From positions 1 through 41,160 of the IMG/VR virus record IMGVR_UViG_3300017910_000891: a stretch of DNA of 41,160 bases; one strand, given 5' to 3'. The translations under genes were made by a program, and so were the position numbers. The stretch's first letter is position 1; each line of letters begins with the position of its first letter. The notes under the pieces were generated by a model. The model was not told the origin of the DNA and searched no databases. It saw nothing but the letters and a program-made list of their open reading frames with translations. This document shows positions 27,767 through 36,375 of this stretch, in pieces. Origin of the DNA: a virus. Taxonomy: Duplodnaviria > Caudoviricetes.

Positions 27767-28582
27767 TTACAATTTCAGCACGGCTGCCCTGCTATCACCC
27801 GTGGCCACGTGACTGTACCGCATGACCATGGCCAACGAACTATGGCCCAGCATGTCCGCAATCACACGCAAGCTCACGCCCTGCCGCACCAGCTCACTCG
27901 CGAACGTATGCCGACAATCGTGCGGCTTGAAGTCAGTCATGCCCAAGCCCACCACAACTGGCCACCAGCGATGGCCGAACGACACCGTGGACCACTCCCG
28001 ACCAGACGGCGCAGGGAACACACGGTCTTGGCCCTCCGTCCCCTCCACGTATTGCCATACCCGATCATGCAAAGGCACGATCCTGTGTCGCATCCCACGG
28101 CCACCCTTCAAGGTGCCAAGGTTGATCGTCCGGTCTTCGTAGTCCACCTGTCCCGGCCTCAAGCCCATCAGCTCGCCCTTGCGGGCGCCCGTAAAGAACA
28201 TAGCCGTGACAATCGGCTGTATGTCAGGCGGGCACGCCTCGATGAAGGCGTCCCTTTCCTTGGCCGACAGCCACCGCTGCCGTCCCGAACCCTCACGAGG
28301 CCGGTCACAGTACACGGGCTGCTCCCCGTGCATCTTGCGATAGTAGTTCACTATCCCCTTCACGGTGTTGATCTCCCTACGCTGACCAGCGGCACCCTGC
28401 CCCCGGTCAACGTAGCCAGCGATGTCAGCCCCAGACAACTCCATCACCTTGGCGCTGCCCATCTTGTCCCGAAAACGCTCGGCAAAGTACACGGTCGTCT
28501 TGCCAATAGGCCCATGCCTCAACTTGGCTTGCACCCAGAAGTCGACGGCGTCCTCAACGGTTGGCTTCCTTGGTCTACCCAC
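27767..28582 (-). CDS. Second tyrosine recombinase (no arm-binding domain)
   Basis: TGARKGEL, TLKG, HDCRHTFAS, MLGH and RYSH give a complete catalytic set. Start re-called at GTG 28582 (SD GGGGAG). Confidence 0.9.
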   Translation of the reverse strand: MGRPRKPTVEDAVDFWVQAKLRHGPIGKTTVYFAERFRDKMGSAKVMELSGADIAGYVDRGQGAAGQRREINTVKGIVNYYRKMHGEQPVYCDRPREGSGRQRWLSAKERDAFIEACPPDIQPIVTAMFFTGARKGELMGLRPGQVDYEDRTINLGTLKGGRGMRHRIVPLHDRVWQYVEGTEGQDRVFPAPSGREWSTVSFGHRWWPVVVGLGMTDFKPHDCRHTFASELVRQGVSLRVIADMLGHSSLAMVMRYSHVATGDSRAAVLKL

Positions 28583-28832
28583 GCGCTTGCTCCCTTTTCT
28601 GCATGTCACGAACCCACGGCCAGCTCGCGAGCAGGTACTCCCCGTACCCGCTCTCGACCTCGGCAATCAGCTCGGCCATCCGTTCCGGGTTGCGCATGGT
28701 CACGCGCCTTTCCTTGGCCAGCATCCCGACCTTCACCCAGAAACAATCCGGCCACCACCGCTCGGTCAGCCGATACCAGCTCGCCCGCACCACAATGGCG
28801 GGCGGCTGCTTCTTCCTGCGAAAGAACATCAC
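28575..28832 (-). CDS. Hypothetical protein
   Basis: GTG/ATG start with SD AAGGAG; coupled overlaps on both sides. Confidence 0.55.
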   Translation of the reverse strand: MMFFRRKKQPPAIVVRASWYRLTERWWPDCFWVKVGMLAKERRVTMRNPERMAELIAEVESGYGEYLLASWPWVRDMQKREQARG

Positions 28833-29023
28833 GCAGTCTCCTTGTCCTTGTCGATGGGAGGCTCCCTCAGTACCCTGCACAGGTACACCCACGAGCCATT
28901 TGCGACGAGCTCGTCGTAGTATGCCTCGGCGCATTTCTTGGTGCAGAAGGGGGCGAACTTGTCGTCGTTCTCATCGGGATCCCACCAAACGACCAAATAC
29001 GTTATGCCACTCCCTTTCATCAC
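28829..29023 (-). CDS. Hypothetical protein
   Basis: 64 aa, SD GGAGG, coupled overlaps. Confidence 0.6.
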   Translation of the reverse strand: MMKGSGITYLVVWWDPDENDDKFAPFCTKKCAEAYYDELVANGSWVYLCRVLREPPIDKDKETA

Positions 29024-29307
29024 TCAGCCTCCCCTTCACCAGCCGTCAAGATTTCCAGCACGCCTTCCATCATCCCGGCTCGTCTCGCGTCCGCCATGCC
29101 CTGATCCGTGCGTCCGTCTTGCATGGCCCACGCACTTTGCTTGCGCAGGTTCTTGGCGCCACGTCTCACGGCAGAGGTAAACTCCTGTGCCTCCCAGTCA
29201 TTCAGATGAAGGGTAACGTGCTGCGTCTTCACAGTTTCCAGCAGCTCATACGGTACGTGCCGCAACACCATAAGGTCTTCGGCCAACAGTTTTACGTCGG
29301 TGCTCAT
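29020..29307 (-). CDS. Hypothetical protein
   Basis: MSTDVKLLAEDL..., ATG 29307 with SD AAGGAG; ATGA-coupled. Confidence 0.6.
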   Translation of the reverse strand: MSTDVKLLAEDLMVLRHVPYELLETVKTQHVTLHLNDWEAQEFTSAVRRGAKNLRKQSAWAMQDGRTDQGMADARRAGMMEGVLEILTAGEGEAE

Positions 29308-29534
29308 TGCACAATCTCCTTGTCCATCAGGCGCTCCCACGCCTCGATGGCACCCACTCGGGCACCATCCAAAAATTCTTCGGAAACAGCCCCGCTGCGT
29401 CTCAACACGAGGCTCAATGTCTGGCGGATGAAGTGCCACTTGCCGTCTCCATCCAGATGGGGGGTAGGCTCGTAGCCCACCCCCTGTGCTGCCAGCAGCG
29501 CACGCTGCCGCCCGACGCCGTAGTCGGCGCTCAC
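29304..29534 (-). CDS. Hypothetical protein
   Basis: 76 aa, GTG start with SD GGAGGA; coupled. Confidence 0.55.
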   Translation of the reverse strand: MSADYGVGRQRALLAAQGVGYEPTPHLDGDGKWHFIRQTLSLVLRRSGAVSEEFLDGARVGAIEAWERLMDKEIVQ

Positions 29535-30109
29535 TCAAAGTCCTCCCAGCTGTCGACGCCGTGGTCGATCACCAGCTGTTTGGCCCACGGCAACGGCTCC
29601 ATCCGACCAATCACGTAGTCGATCACGCCCCACGTCAGATAGCACTTGCCACTCAGCACGTAGCGCACCTGCACGATGGTCTTCCCACCCTCGGTCAGAT
29701 ACAAATTAGCCTCTGCATCACTGCCGTTGGGTGACTGGCCCTCGGCATTGCCAAGCCACCAGCCCTTGATGCGCAGCTTCGGCTGATCGTTGCGCTGCAA
29801 CATGAACGTCTCGGGCGTAGCGCTTGGCCACCACTCGGGGTGGTCGGCCTTCGGCTCGGGCACAGGCACGGGCAACGTCTCGTCGCCAAGCACCATGAAC
29901 TCCTCAATCTTGGCCCAGTTTTTCTCCCACGGTACGGTGGTGCCCACCTCCCAGTGGCCGATGGCAGGGGCGCTCATGCCGAACCATTCGGCGCAGCGTT
30001 TTTGTGTCCAGCCAAGGCTTCGACGCTTTGACTTGAACTGCTCACGGTTAAAGATCATCGGCACTTTGCCGTTGCGAACGGGGGTGTTTTCTTGAATGCT
30101 TTTTTGCAT
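29531..30109 (-). CDS. XRE-family HTH protein with a C-terminal domain of unknown function
   Basis: RRSLGWTQKRCAEWFGMSAPAIGHWEVG HTH, PVPVPEP linker, beta-rich C-terminal domain with no S24 peptidase motif. Confidence 0.75.
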   Translation of the reverse strand: MQKSIQENTPVRNGKVPMIFNREQFKSKRRSLGWTQKRCAEWFGMSAPAIGHWEVGTTVPWEKNWAKIEEFMVLGDETLPVPVPEPKADHPEWWPSATPETFMLQRNDQPKLRIKGWWLGNAEGQSPNGSDAEANLYLTEGGKTIVQVRYVLSGKCYLTWGVIDYVIGRMEPLPWAKQLVIDHGVDSWEDFE

Positions 30110-30136
30110 TGGTTTTTCCTGATAGTGGTTGGTTGA

Positions 30137-31834
30137 TTACGCAGCCGCACGGGCCACGACGTTGCGCCCAATGAGCGCTTTACACAGCTCGCCCGTGACC
30201 GTGCGCGGAAGCTCGGCAAGGTCATGCAGAACTGCATAATCGGAGTAGTAGTTGGACACCGAACTGTCTTGCAGTCCGATGCCGAACACACTGAATGATG
30301 GGTCCATCTCCAGCCGCTTGACCGCAGCCTTGGTCGCCTCGTGCAAACGACCGTCTCGGTTGCTGGCCGGGATGCCGTCGCTCAGCACAATCAGAACCTT
30401 GCGCCGCTCCTGTCGCTGTCGGAGCATGGCCTCGGCGCTAATGATCGCATCGGCATCGGCGTTCTCAGCAAACGCCATACGGCTCAGCGCAGTCAGCCCG
30501 AACCAAGCACGCTCGCTCGGCGTGTCGAAGCCCTTGAACTGGTACGTGTACGCAGGGTCACGCTGGCCCTTGAACTTAAATCGGTCGTCGGACCACCCCT
30601 CAACGCTGCCCGTCAGCGCAGCCGCTCGCTCGAAGTTGAGGCTGTCGAACCCAATCACAGCATTCGGCACGCTGGCCCGATCACAAACGGTACTCAAGAC
30701 GATGGCTGTCTCGGCTGCCTGTTCGATCTTCTTGTCGTACTTCATGGATCCCGAGCAATCCACCAACAGCAGCACCGCCGTGTCCAGATCCATGCCGCCC
30801 TCTTTGCGGCGCCACACGGCCTCCTGCCCAGCAACAGCAGCCACCAGCCGCCGACTGTCCAGCCGCCCACTGGTGTGGCCGCCCTGCCAGACGCTTTCCG
30901 TCTCGGTCATCAGCGCCGCTTGCACCCGGCCCAGCATAGGCCCGACCATGTTGCGCAGCTTGCGCTTGATCTTGCCCCACTTGGCCCGGTCTACAGCGTC
31001 AGGCACCTTGCCTTTCCAGCCACGCTCGAAGCTACCCGTGTGTGACAGGTGATGGTCGTCAGGCAGCTGCAAGAAATCCTCCTGCCGCTCCAGCATGATG
31101 TGCTTGTCCCACCGTTTGTCGGGCACGTAGGCGCTGCCATCGTCGCCCTCGACCTCGGGCACGGCCACAGCTTTCTTGGCCTCCCACTCGCCCTGCTCGT
31201 CTTCTTCCTTGTCGTCGTCACCCGGCCACGTATCAGCCAGCACACGCTCGGCCACGTCCAGCACCTCGTCCGCCGTCTCGCACGACATGGCCTCATCAAC
31301 CCAGCGCTCGCACGCATCCTTGGTCTCGTCGGTCAGGCAGTCATAGGCACGCTGCGCCTCGGGGCAATCGTAGCCAGCACGCAACCGGCCCAGCAACGTC
31401 AGCCCGTAGCCCACGTCTCGCATGTCGACGTTGCCGCCCGCCTCCATAGCGTTGGCCGCCTCACGCGCAGTCACGTTGACCACGGCTTCAAGGTTCTTCT
31501 TGGCCCCCGGAAAGTCCTCGATGACCAAGCGCTCCTCGCGCAAATCCTCGATGGCGTTTGTCATTTCCTTGAGCGGCATCCCACCCTTGTCGTGGGCACG
31601 CTGCATCAAGTCTTCCGGCGTGTATCGACAGTGGCCAGCCTCGTGGTCGATATAGCCACGCATGGCACGCTGCGTCTCCTCGTTGACCTCGCCGTTCATG
31701 TCGAAGCCGGGGACAACAATCGTCTTGTGGTCCGTATAAGCCTTGTCTCCACCGACGGAGACGGCAACGCCGCCTCCAAGGGTGGAACCCGTAGTGCTCA
31801 GCTCGTGAGCAAACAGTCCGCTGTTCTTGTTCAT
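30137..31834 (-). CDS. CobT-like protein (HExxH + von Willebrand A domain)
   Basis: DHEAGH...NAIED N-terminal domain, acidic linker, GRLDSRRL, MIDAS DCSGS, IVLSDG. Confidence 0.85.
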   Translation of the reverse strand: MNKNSGLFAHELSTTGSTLGGGVAVSVGGDKAYTDHKTIVVPGFDMNGEVNEETQRAMRGYIDHEAGHCRYTPEDLMQRAHDKGGMPLKEMTNAIEDLREERLVIEDFPGAKKNLEAVVNVTAREAANAMEAGGNVDMRDVGYGLTLLGRLRAGYDCPEAQRAYDCLTDETKDACERWVDEAMSCETADEVLDVAERVLADTWPGDDDKEEDEQGEWEAKKAVAVPEVEGDDGSAYVPDKRWDKHIMLERQEDFLQLPDDHHLSHTGSFERGWKGKVPDAVDRAKWGKIKRKLRNMVGPMLGRVQAALMTETESVWQGGHTSGRLDSRRLVAAVAGQEAVWRRKEGGMDLDTAVLLLVDCSGSMKYDKKIEQAAETAIVLSTVCDRASVPNAVIGFDSLNFERAAALTGSVEGWSDDRFKFKGQRDPAYTYQFKGFDTPSERAWFGLTALSRMAFAENADADAIISAEAMLRQRQERRKVLIVLSDGIPASNRDGRLHEATKAAVKRLEMDPSFSVFGIGLQDSSVSNYYSDYAVLHDLAELPRTVTGELCKALIGRNVVARAAA

Positions 31835-31859
31835 AACGTGTACTCCTGTGGTTGGTTGA

Positions 31860-33428
31860 TTAGATGCGGTCGTACAGACCTTTGATCGTGGCCGCCTCGG
31901 CCTCGGGGCATCGGTTGAGCATGACCCAGTCGAAGGCCAGCTTGAGCGAGTTATCCTTGCCCGTGGCCTCCAAGAACGATGCCGTTGCGGTCCACTCCAA
32001 CATCGTCCGTGGGGTCAGTGGCATTGACGTCTCGGCCAGCTTGAACGCCTTGCTGTGCAGCTCGAAGTAAGCCGCCATGTGCTCGGCTTGCTCGGGGCTT
32101 GCGCCCTTGTTGGCCACCAGCTTCTTCGTCTCGGCTTTGCTCAGGTAATCGACCTCGGCCCAGATCGTGAAGCGATCAAGCATGGCGCCGTTAAGGACGC
32201 GCGTCCCAGCGTAGCTGCCGTGCTCGTCACCTCGGCCCTTGGTGTTAGCCGTGGCGATCAGGCGGAACCACGAGTTGGGCTTGACCTCACGGCCACCATC
32301 CTCGGTGATGATAAGTCCACGGCCCTCAAGCGGGCGCTGCACAGCAAACAGGATGTCAGGACGACCCGCATCGAACTCGTCCAAGATCATCACGTAACCA
32401 GCCTCCATCGCTTGAGGCAGGATGCCATCCACAAACTCACTGGTGCCGTCGCTCAGCGTGTCTCGGCCAATCAGATCCATGCGACCCATGTCGCTGTCCA
32501 TGTTGACACGAGCCACCGGCCAGCCCAGCAGGGCGCACACCTGCTCGATCAGCGTCGTCTTGCCCGTGCCAGTGTGGCCCGTCAGCATGGCCCGCTTGTC
32601 ACCGACCAAAGAGTACAGCACCTGAGCCAGCAGCTCGGGACGGAACTGATAGTCCTCGATGACAGCGGGCACGTCTGGATGCTCACCGTCCCACTGGAAG
32701 ACAGGCACATCGAAGTCCAGCACCTTGGCCCGGCTGCCGAAGACCGTCTGCGCCGAGACCATCTTGACCTCCGTACAGGCGGGGAATGTTGGCCCCTTGC
32801 GCTCGGGCTTGGCCTCGCCCAGCGTGATGGTCACACCGCCGCCCGTGGCAGGACGCTTCTCGGCGGCCTCCAGAGCCTCGGTGAGACCCGTCACGGCCCC
32901 CCGGATATACTCGTAGGCCGGCAAGCCAAAGCCGCTCAGCACGCTGTCCAGCGCCTGTTGCTTGGCCGTGTCCACCGCTGGCAGATCGAGCGTCGGTGCA
33001 GCAGTCGGCGCAGCCGCCGGTGCAGCCGGAACCAAGCCCAGCTCGTCTGCCATCACGTCGTCGATTGGCATGGCGTCTCGGTCGATGGTGCCGTCTTCGA
33101 CTGTCTCCTCCCTAGCGCCCCAGAGAATGCAGTCGTTCTGTCGCTCCGCTTCGTTCGAGTGGGCGTTGTGGGTGGTGTGATAAATTTCGACGTAGTTCTC
33201 GATGGTTGAGCGTAGTTGGCCCATGGTCATTACGTTGACGATGGCCGACCACGTAGGCCGCTCAGCCTTTTCACGGTACTCGTCCATGGCTGTGCAGGTG
33301 ATGTCGTCGAAGTCGAAGCCGGAGACCAGTCTCTTTACAGTGGCACGCCACAGGCCGCGCTGGTCCATGGTGCCGTAGCTGGTGGTGTTAAGGACGGATG
33401 AAAGGGTGGTTGGTTGAATGGTAGACAT
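31860..33428 (-). CDS. CobS/MoxR-like AAA+ ATPase
   Basis: GHTGTGKT, ILDEFD, IATANT, LDRF and TPR motifs; adjacent to its vWA partner. Confidence 0.88.
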   Translation of the reverse strand: MSTIQPTTLSSVLNTTSYGTMDQRGLWRATVKRLVSGFDFDDITCTAMDEYREKAERPTWSAIVNVMTMGQLRSTIENYVEIYHTTHNAHSNEAERQNDCILWGAREETVEDGTIDRDAMPIDDVMADELGLVPAAPAAAPTAAPTLDLPAVDTAKQQALDSVLSGFGLPAYEYIRGAVTGLTEALEAAEKRPATGGGVTITLGEAKPERKGPTFPACTEVKMVSAQTVFGSRAKVLDFDVPVFQWDGEHPDVPAVIEDYQFRPELLAQVLYSLVGDKRAMLTGHTGTGKTTLIEQVCALLGWPVARVNMDSDMGRMDLIGRDTLSDGTSEFVDGILPQAMEAGYVMILDEFDAGRPDILFAVQRPLEGRGLIITEDGGREVKPNSWFRLIATANTKGRGDEHGSYAGTRVLNGAMLDRFTIWAEVDYLSKAETKKLVANKGASPEQAEHMAAYFELHSKAFKLAETSMPLTPRTMLEWTATASFLEATGKDNSLKLAFDWVMLNRCPEAEAATIKGLYDRI

Positions 33429-33443
33429 TAGCTGTTCTCCTGT

Positions 33444-33492
33444 TGAGCTAACAAGTTGTACACTATTTTGACATTTTCCCCACCGCTGTCAA
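33444..33492 (-). promoter_or_regulatory. Promoter for the cobS/cobT-like operon
   Basis: Minus-strand TTGACA (33487-33492)-N16-CAAAAT; inverted TTGACA on + at 33468; degenerate operator at 33444-33464. Confidence 0.55.
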
Positions 33493-33501
33493 TAGGGAAA
33501 C

Positions 33502-33527
33502 AAAAAAGGCCCGCCGAAGCGAGCCTT
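33502..33527 (-). terminator. Rho-independent terminator
   Basis: AAGGCTCGC-TTCG-GCGGGCCTT-TTTT on the minus strand, after the small-gene cluster. Confidence 0.85.
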
Positions 33528-33556
33528 GTTGGGGTTGGGGTTGGTTGGTTGGGGGG

Positions 33557-33814
33557 TTAGTCGTCGGCTTCCTCGTCGTCGGCTTCCTCCTCGTGCTCCT
33601 CGACCTCGACGACTTCGATCAGGTCAGCCGGGACGCCGTCGATGTAGGCGCAGTTGATCTCAGCGCTGCCCCAAGGCAGTCGCTCGATCTCCTCCTGTGC
33701 CTCCCGCTCGAACATCTCCCGTGCCTCGGCCTCCGTCTCGGCCTCGATGTCCAGCGTGACGGTCAGGTCAACGCTGGCGCTGGTGTCCACCTTGATGGTG
33801 TAAAGGGCTGTCAT
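33557..33814 (-). CDS. Very acidic small protein, DpnD/PcfM-like pattern
   Basis: ATG 33814 after motif + AGGAG; 85 aa, about one third D/E; LDIEAETEAEAREM. Confidence 0.75.
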   Translation of the reverse strand: MTALYTIKVDTSASVDLTVTLDIEAETEAEAREMFEREAQEEIERLPWGSAEINCAYIDGVPADLIEVVEVEEHEEEADDEEADD

Positions 33815-33836
33815 GTTGGTTCTCCTGTGTGGTTGG

Positions 33837-34118
33837 TTAGTAAAGGTCCAGCTCGTCACGCTCGGCAGCCGCAGCGAGGCGCTGCTCTGCTCGGAACCTG
33901 TCGAAGTTGAAGCCGCTGTTGCGTGCCGTGGCCAGCGCCTCAAGGGCGTGGGCAAGGTCTTGGCCAGCCTCGTAGCGGTCGTAATGGTCGTCGTTCATGG
34001 CGACGATCTCCACCTCGAAGGCTGCCAAGTGGTCTGACCCACGGTCGGCATAAGCCCAGATCGTGGCCTCATGCTTGTTGTCCAAGCGCTCCCGCTTGAT
34101 AAGCACTCGCTCGCTCAT
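33837..34118 (-). CDS. Hypothetical early protein
   Basis: MSERVLIKRERL..., SD GGAGGA; ATGA-coupled. Confidence 0.7.
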   Translation of the reverse strand: MSERVLIKRERLDNKHEATIWAYADRGSDHLAAFEVEIVAMNDDHYDRYEAGQDLAHALEALATARNSGFNFDRFRAEQRLAAAAERDELDLY

Positions 34119-34309
34119 GCTGCGTCCTCCTTGATGGCTGTGACACGGTACTCTGTCTCGGGTTCGAGGTTCTTGTCCGGGAACTCCACCTCCCAGTCCG
34201 TTAGTTTGCTCGCTGCCTCCAGCGCCTCGGCCTTGCTGCCTGCCTCGATGACCGTCTCGGCGTAGCTGCACTCGATCCAGCGCCGTTCGATTTCAACTCG
34301 GTACTTCAT
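34115..34309 (-). CDS. Small protein, DpnD/PcfM-like pattern
   Basis: MKYRVEIERRWIECSYAETVIEAGSKAEALEAA; ATG 34309 after motif + AGGAG. Confidence 0.7.
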   Translation of the reverse strand: MKYRVEIERRWIECSYAETVIEAGSKAEALEAASKLTDWEVEFPDKNLEPETEYRVTAIKEDAA

Positions 34310-34331
34310 GGCGTTACTCCTGTGTGGTTGG

Positions 34332-34781
34332 TTAGCTGTACGTCGGGCGGCGTTCGGGCCAGCCCGTGAGGTCTTGGTCAAAGCGGATGGAGAAGTGAAA
34401 CGCGCTAGACTGAGGGTCGAACCGTTCGCGTAGCTCCTGCCTAAGCGTGGTGGCCTCCGCCAACGTCGTGCGGAACCAGTGGTCCATCGGCTCGCCGTAG
34501 TCGTACCACCAGCCGCCTTCCTCGGGTCCGCCGTAGGCTTGGCCCGTCTCGTACATCTGCACGACAAAGCCGCGCTCGACCCGGCGCTCCAGCTCGCAGA
34601 TGGCCTGTCTCGCCAGCTCGTTGGCGTGTGTCCGCCAGTGGTGGCTTGGCCACTCGTCCTCCTGCGTGTCGCCAAAGTCGGTGTTCCATACCCGGTAGCG
34701 AAGCTGCCCGTCTTGCAGCAGCACGATGTCGAAGTCGATGGCAACGCCGCCGATCTCAATTTTGGTTATGAGGTGTGTCAT
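34332..34781 (-). CDS. Hypothetical early protein
   Basis: MTHLITKIEIGG...AYGGPEEGGWWYDYG...WPERRPTYS; ATG 34781 after motif + AGGAG. Confidence 0.75.
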   Translation of the reverse strand: MTHLITKIEIGGVAIDFDIVLLQDGQLRYRVWNTDFGDTQEDEWPSHHWRTHANELARQAICELERRVERGFVVQMYETGQAYGGPEEGGWWYDYGEPMDHWFRTTLAEATTLRQELRERFDPQSSAFHFSIRFDQDLTGWPERRPTYS

Positions 34782-34809
34782 GGGTGTAAACTCCTGTGTG
34801 GTTGGTTGG

Positions 34810-35238
34810 TTAGACTGGTTCGCAGCGCCACGTCCCGTCGTCAAGCCGGCGCTCGTGCTCGGTGCTCTCGCCGTTCTCCTCCCAGTCGAGACGAGACGTC
34901 CAGTGGGCGGCGTCCTTGCGTGCCAGCTCGAAGGCTAGCTCCTCCGCTTCGACCTCGTCCCCTGCCGAGACCTCGACCTCGGCGATGTACTCGACCGTGC
35001 GCAGCTGCGTGAGGCCGACCTTGAACTTACGGACAGGCGGCCACTGCGGTTCCTTCGTGGCGTCTTGGCCAAGCGTATGGCAGATAGATTGCTGACGGAG
35101 GCGCACACGGGTCTTTAAAACCTCGGAGCCGCCATACTCCTTTATCGTGTCGTGCAAGACGTCGAGCATACACCACGCGAGGCAAAGCTCCTCGGCCATG
35201 TCTGTGAACTGTTCTTCGGTCAGGTTTTCGTAGTTCAT
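34810..35238 (-). CDS. Hypothetical early protein with a DpnD/PcfM-like C-terminal half
   Basis: KFKVGLTQLRTVEYIAEVEVSAGDEVEAEELAF; motif + AGGAG leader. Confidence 0.7.
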   Translation of the reverse strand: MNYENLTEEQFTDMAEELCLAWCMLDVLHDTIKEYGGSEVLKTRVRLRQQSICHTLGQDATKEPQWPPVRKFKVGLTQLRTVEYIAEVEVSAGDEVEAEELAFELARKDAAHWTSRLDWEENGESTEHERRLDDGTWRCEPV

Positions 35239-35262
35239 GTTGGTTACTCCTGTGGTTGGTTG

Positions 35263-35550
35263 TTATTGGCCAGCGCCATAGCGTCGGCACTGAGCCGCTA
35301 CGAACTCCAGTATTTCGTAGTCGTGGCTAATCTTGTTCACGTCGTCAGCAAACTCCTCGAACAACTGGCCCCACGCCTCTGACAGTCTGGCGTCCGGGTT
35401 GTTGAGGAACTTGCGAGCCATCTCAAAGTAGACGAGCGCCTCTACTGAATGGCCGTAGATGTCGTCGTAGAACTCGTTGACGAGCCGGTCGCTCAGCGCC
35501 TCCCGGTGGCGTCTTTCCTGCTCTCGTATGTCGATGTCTGTGTCAGTCAT
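35263..35550 (-). CDS. Hypothetical acidic early protein
   Basis: 95 aa; motif + AGGAG leader. Confidence 0.7.
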   Translation of the reverse strand: MTDTDIDIREQERRHREALSDRLVNEFYDDIYGHSVEALVYFEMARKFLNNPDARLSEAWGQLFEEFADDVNKISHDYEILEFVAAQCRRYGAGQ

Positions 35551-35574
35551 GTTAGTTCTCCTGTGGTTGGTTGG

Positions 35575-35787
35575 TTAGCGTGGGTTGGCTGCGAGCCAAG
35601 TGTCGAGATCGGCAGCAGCAATGGCGTGTTGGCCTCTCTTGTACGTCTTGCCAGTGATCTGGCTCGCCAGCTCCAGTGCCTTCGTGCGAGACAGCCTGCT
35701 GTGGCTCATGCCTTTGGCCATGAGCTTGACGTGGAAGCGTAGGAACGTGGCCTGCACGCGCAGGTCAGTGGGGTTGTCGATCATCAT
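35575..35787 (-). CDS. Hypothetical basic early protein
   Basis: 70 aa; SD GAGGAG. Confidence 0.65.
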   Translation of the reverse strand: MMIDNPTDLRVQATFLRFHVKLMAKGMSHSRLSRTKALELASQITGKTYKRGQHAIAAADLDTWLAANPR

Positions 35788-35799
35788 GGGTGTGGCTCC

Positions 35800-35964
35800 T
35801 CATGCGAAGGTGTGGGTGATGTCGTTGCGAAGGACGTCGATGCCTGCCGTGGACTTGAGCCGCCACTTCTGTGCGGCTGCCTTGGCTGCCTCGTAGGTGG
35901 TCGAAGCCTCGACGACGAGCGTGCCCTTGCGAGCGTGGACGGCGGTGAATGAGTAAACTTTCAT
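35800..35964 (-). CDS. Hypothetical early protein
   Basis: MKVYSFTAVHARKG...; leader CAGGAGAACCAACCATG. Confidence 0.65.
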   Translation of the reverse strand: MKVYSFTAVHARKGTLVVEASTTYEAAKAAAQKWRLKSTAGIDVLRNDITHTFA

Positions 35965-35978
35965 GGTTGGTTCTCCTG

Positions 35979-36062
35979 TCAGATGATGCGTGTGAGGAAG
36001 ACGATGGCGCAGACGAGCGCCATCGCGATGAGGAACTGGGGTTCGGTGAACAGCGGGTTCAC
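35979..36062 (-). CDS. Small single-pass membrane peptide
   Basis: GTGA-coupled start; MNPLFTEPQFLIAMALVCAIVFLTRII (27 aa). Confidence 0.45.
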   Translation of the reverse strand: MNPLFTEPQFLIAMALVCAIVFLTRII

Positions 36063-36352
36063 GCCTCGTAAGCCTTGCGTGCGAACTCGCTGCAAAGCGC
36101 GTGGAACTCGCCGGCGAGTGCACTGTTGATGGCTATCGAGCCGAACCGTGCGCGTCGTGGGTAGAACTCCCGTATGAGGGCGGTCCACATGACGTGGGCG
36201 TCCGTCCGCCACTTGGGCGCCGTCTTGCGGAGCTTGCCTTTGTTGGCCCCTCGCGTGGCGAAGCAGGCAGCGTAGGCTGCGGACAGTCGTTCGATCATGG
36301 CCTCGTCGCTCGTGAGCGTGGAAGCGGCTCGTTGGCCTAGTTTGTTGAGCAT
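36059..36352 (-). CDS. Hypothetical early protein
   Basis: 97 aa; motif + GAGGA leader. Confidence 0.65.
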   Translation of the reverse strand: MLNKLGQRAASTLTSDEAMIERLSAAYAACFATRGANKGKLRKTAPKWRTDAHVMWTALIREFYPRRARFGSIAINSALAGEFHALCSEFARKAYEA

Positions 36353-36375
36353 GGTGCGTGTCCTCGTGTGGTTGG

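Noticed and set aside
33528-33556. G-quadruplex GGGGTTGGGGTTGGTTGGTTGGGGGG
   Set aside because: It lies on the template strand of the early transcript and is more simply explained as an expansion of the AACC motif.
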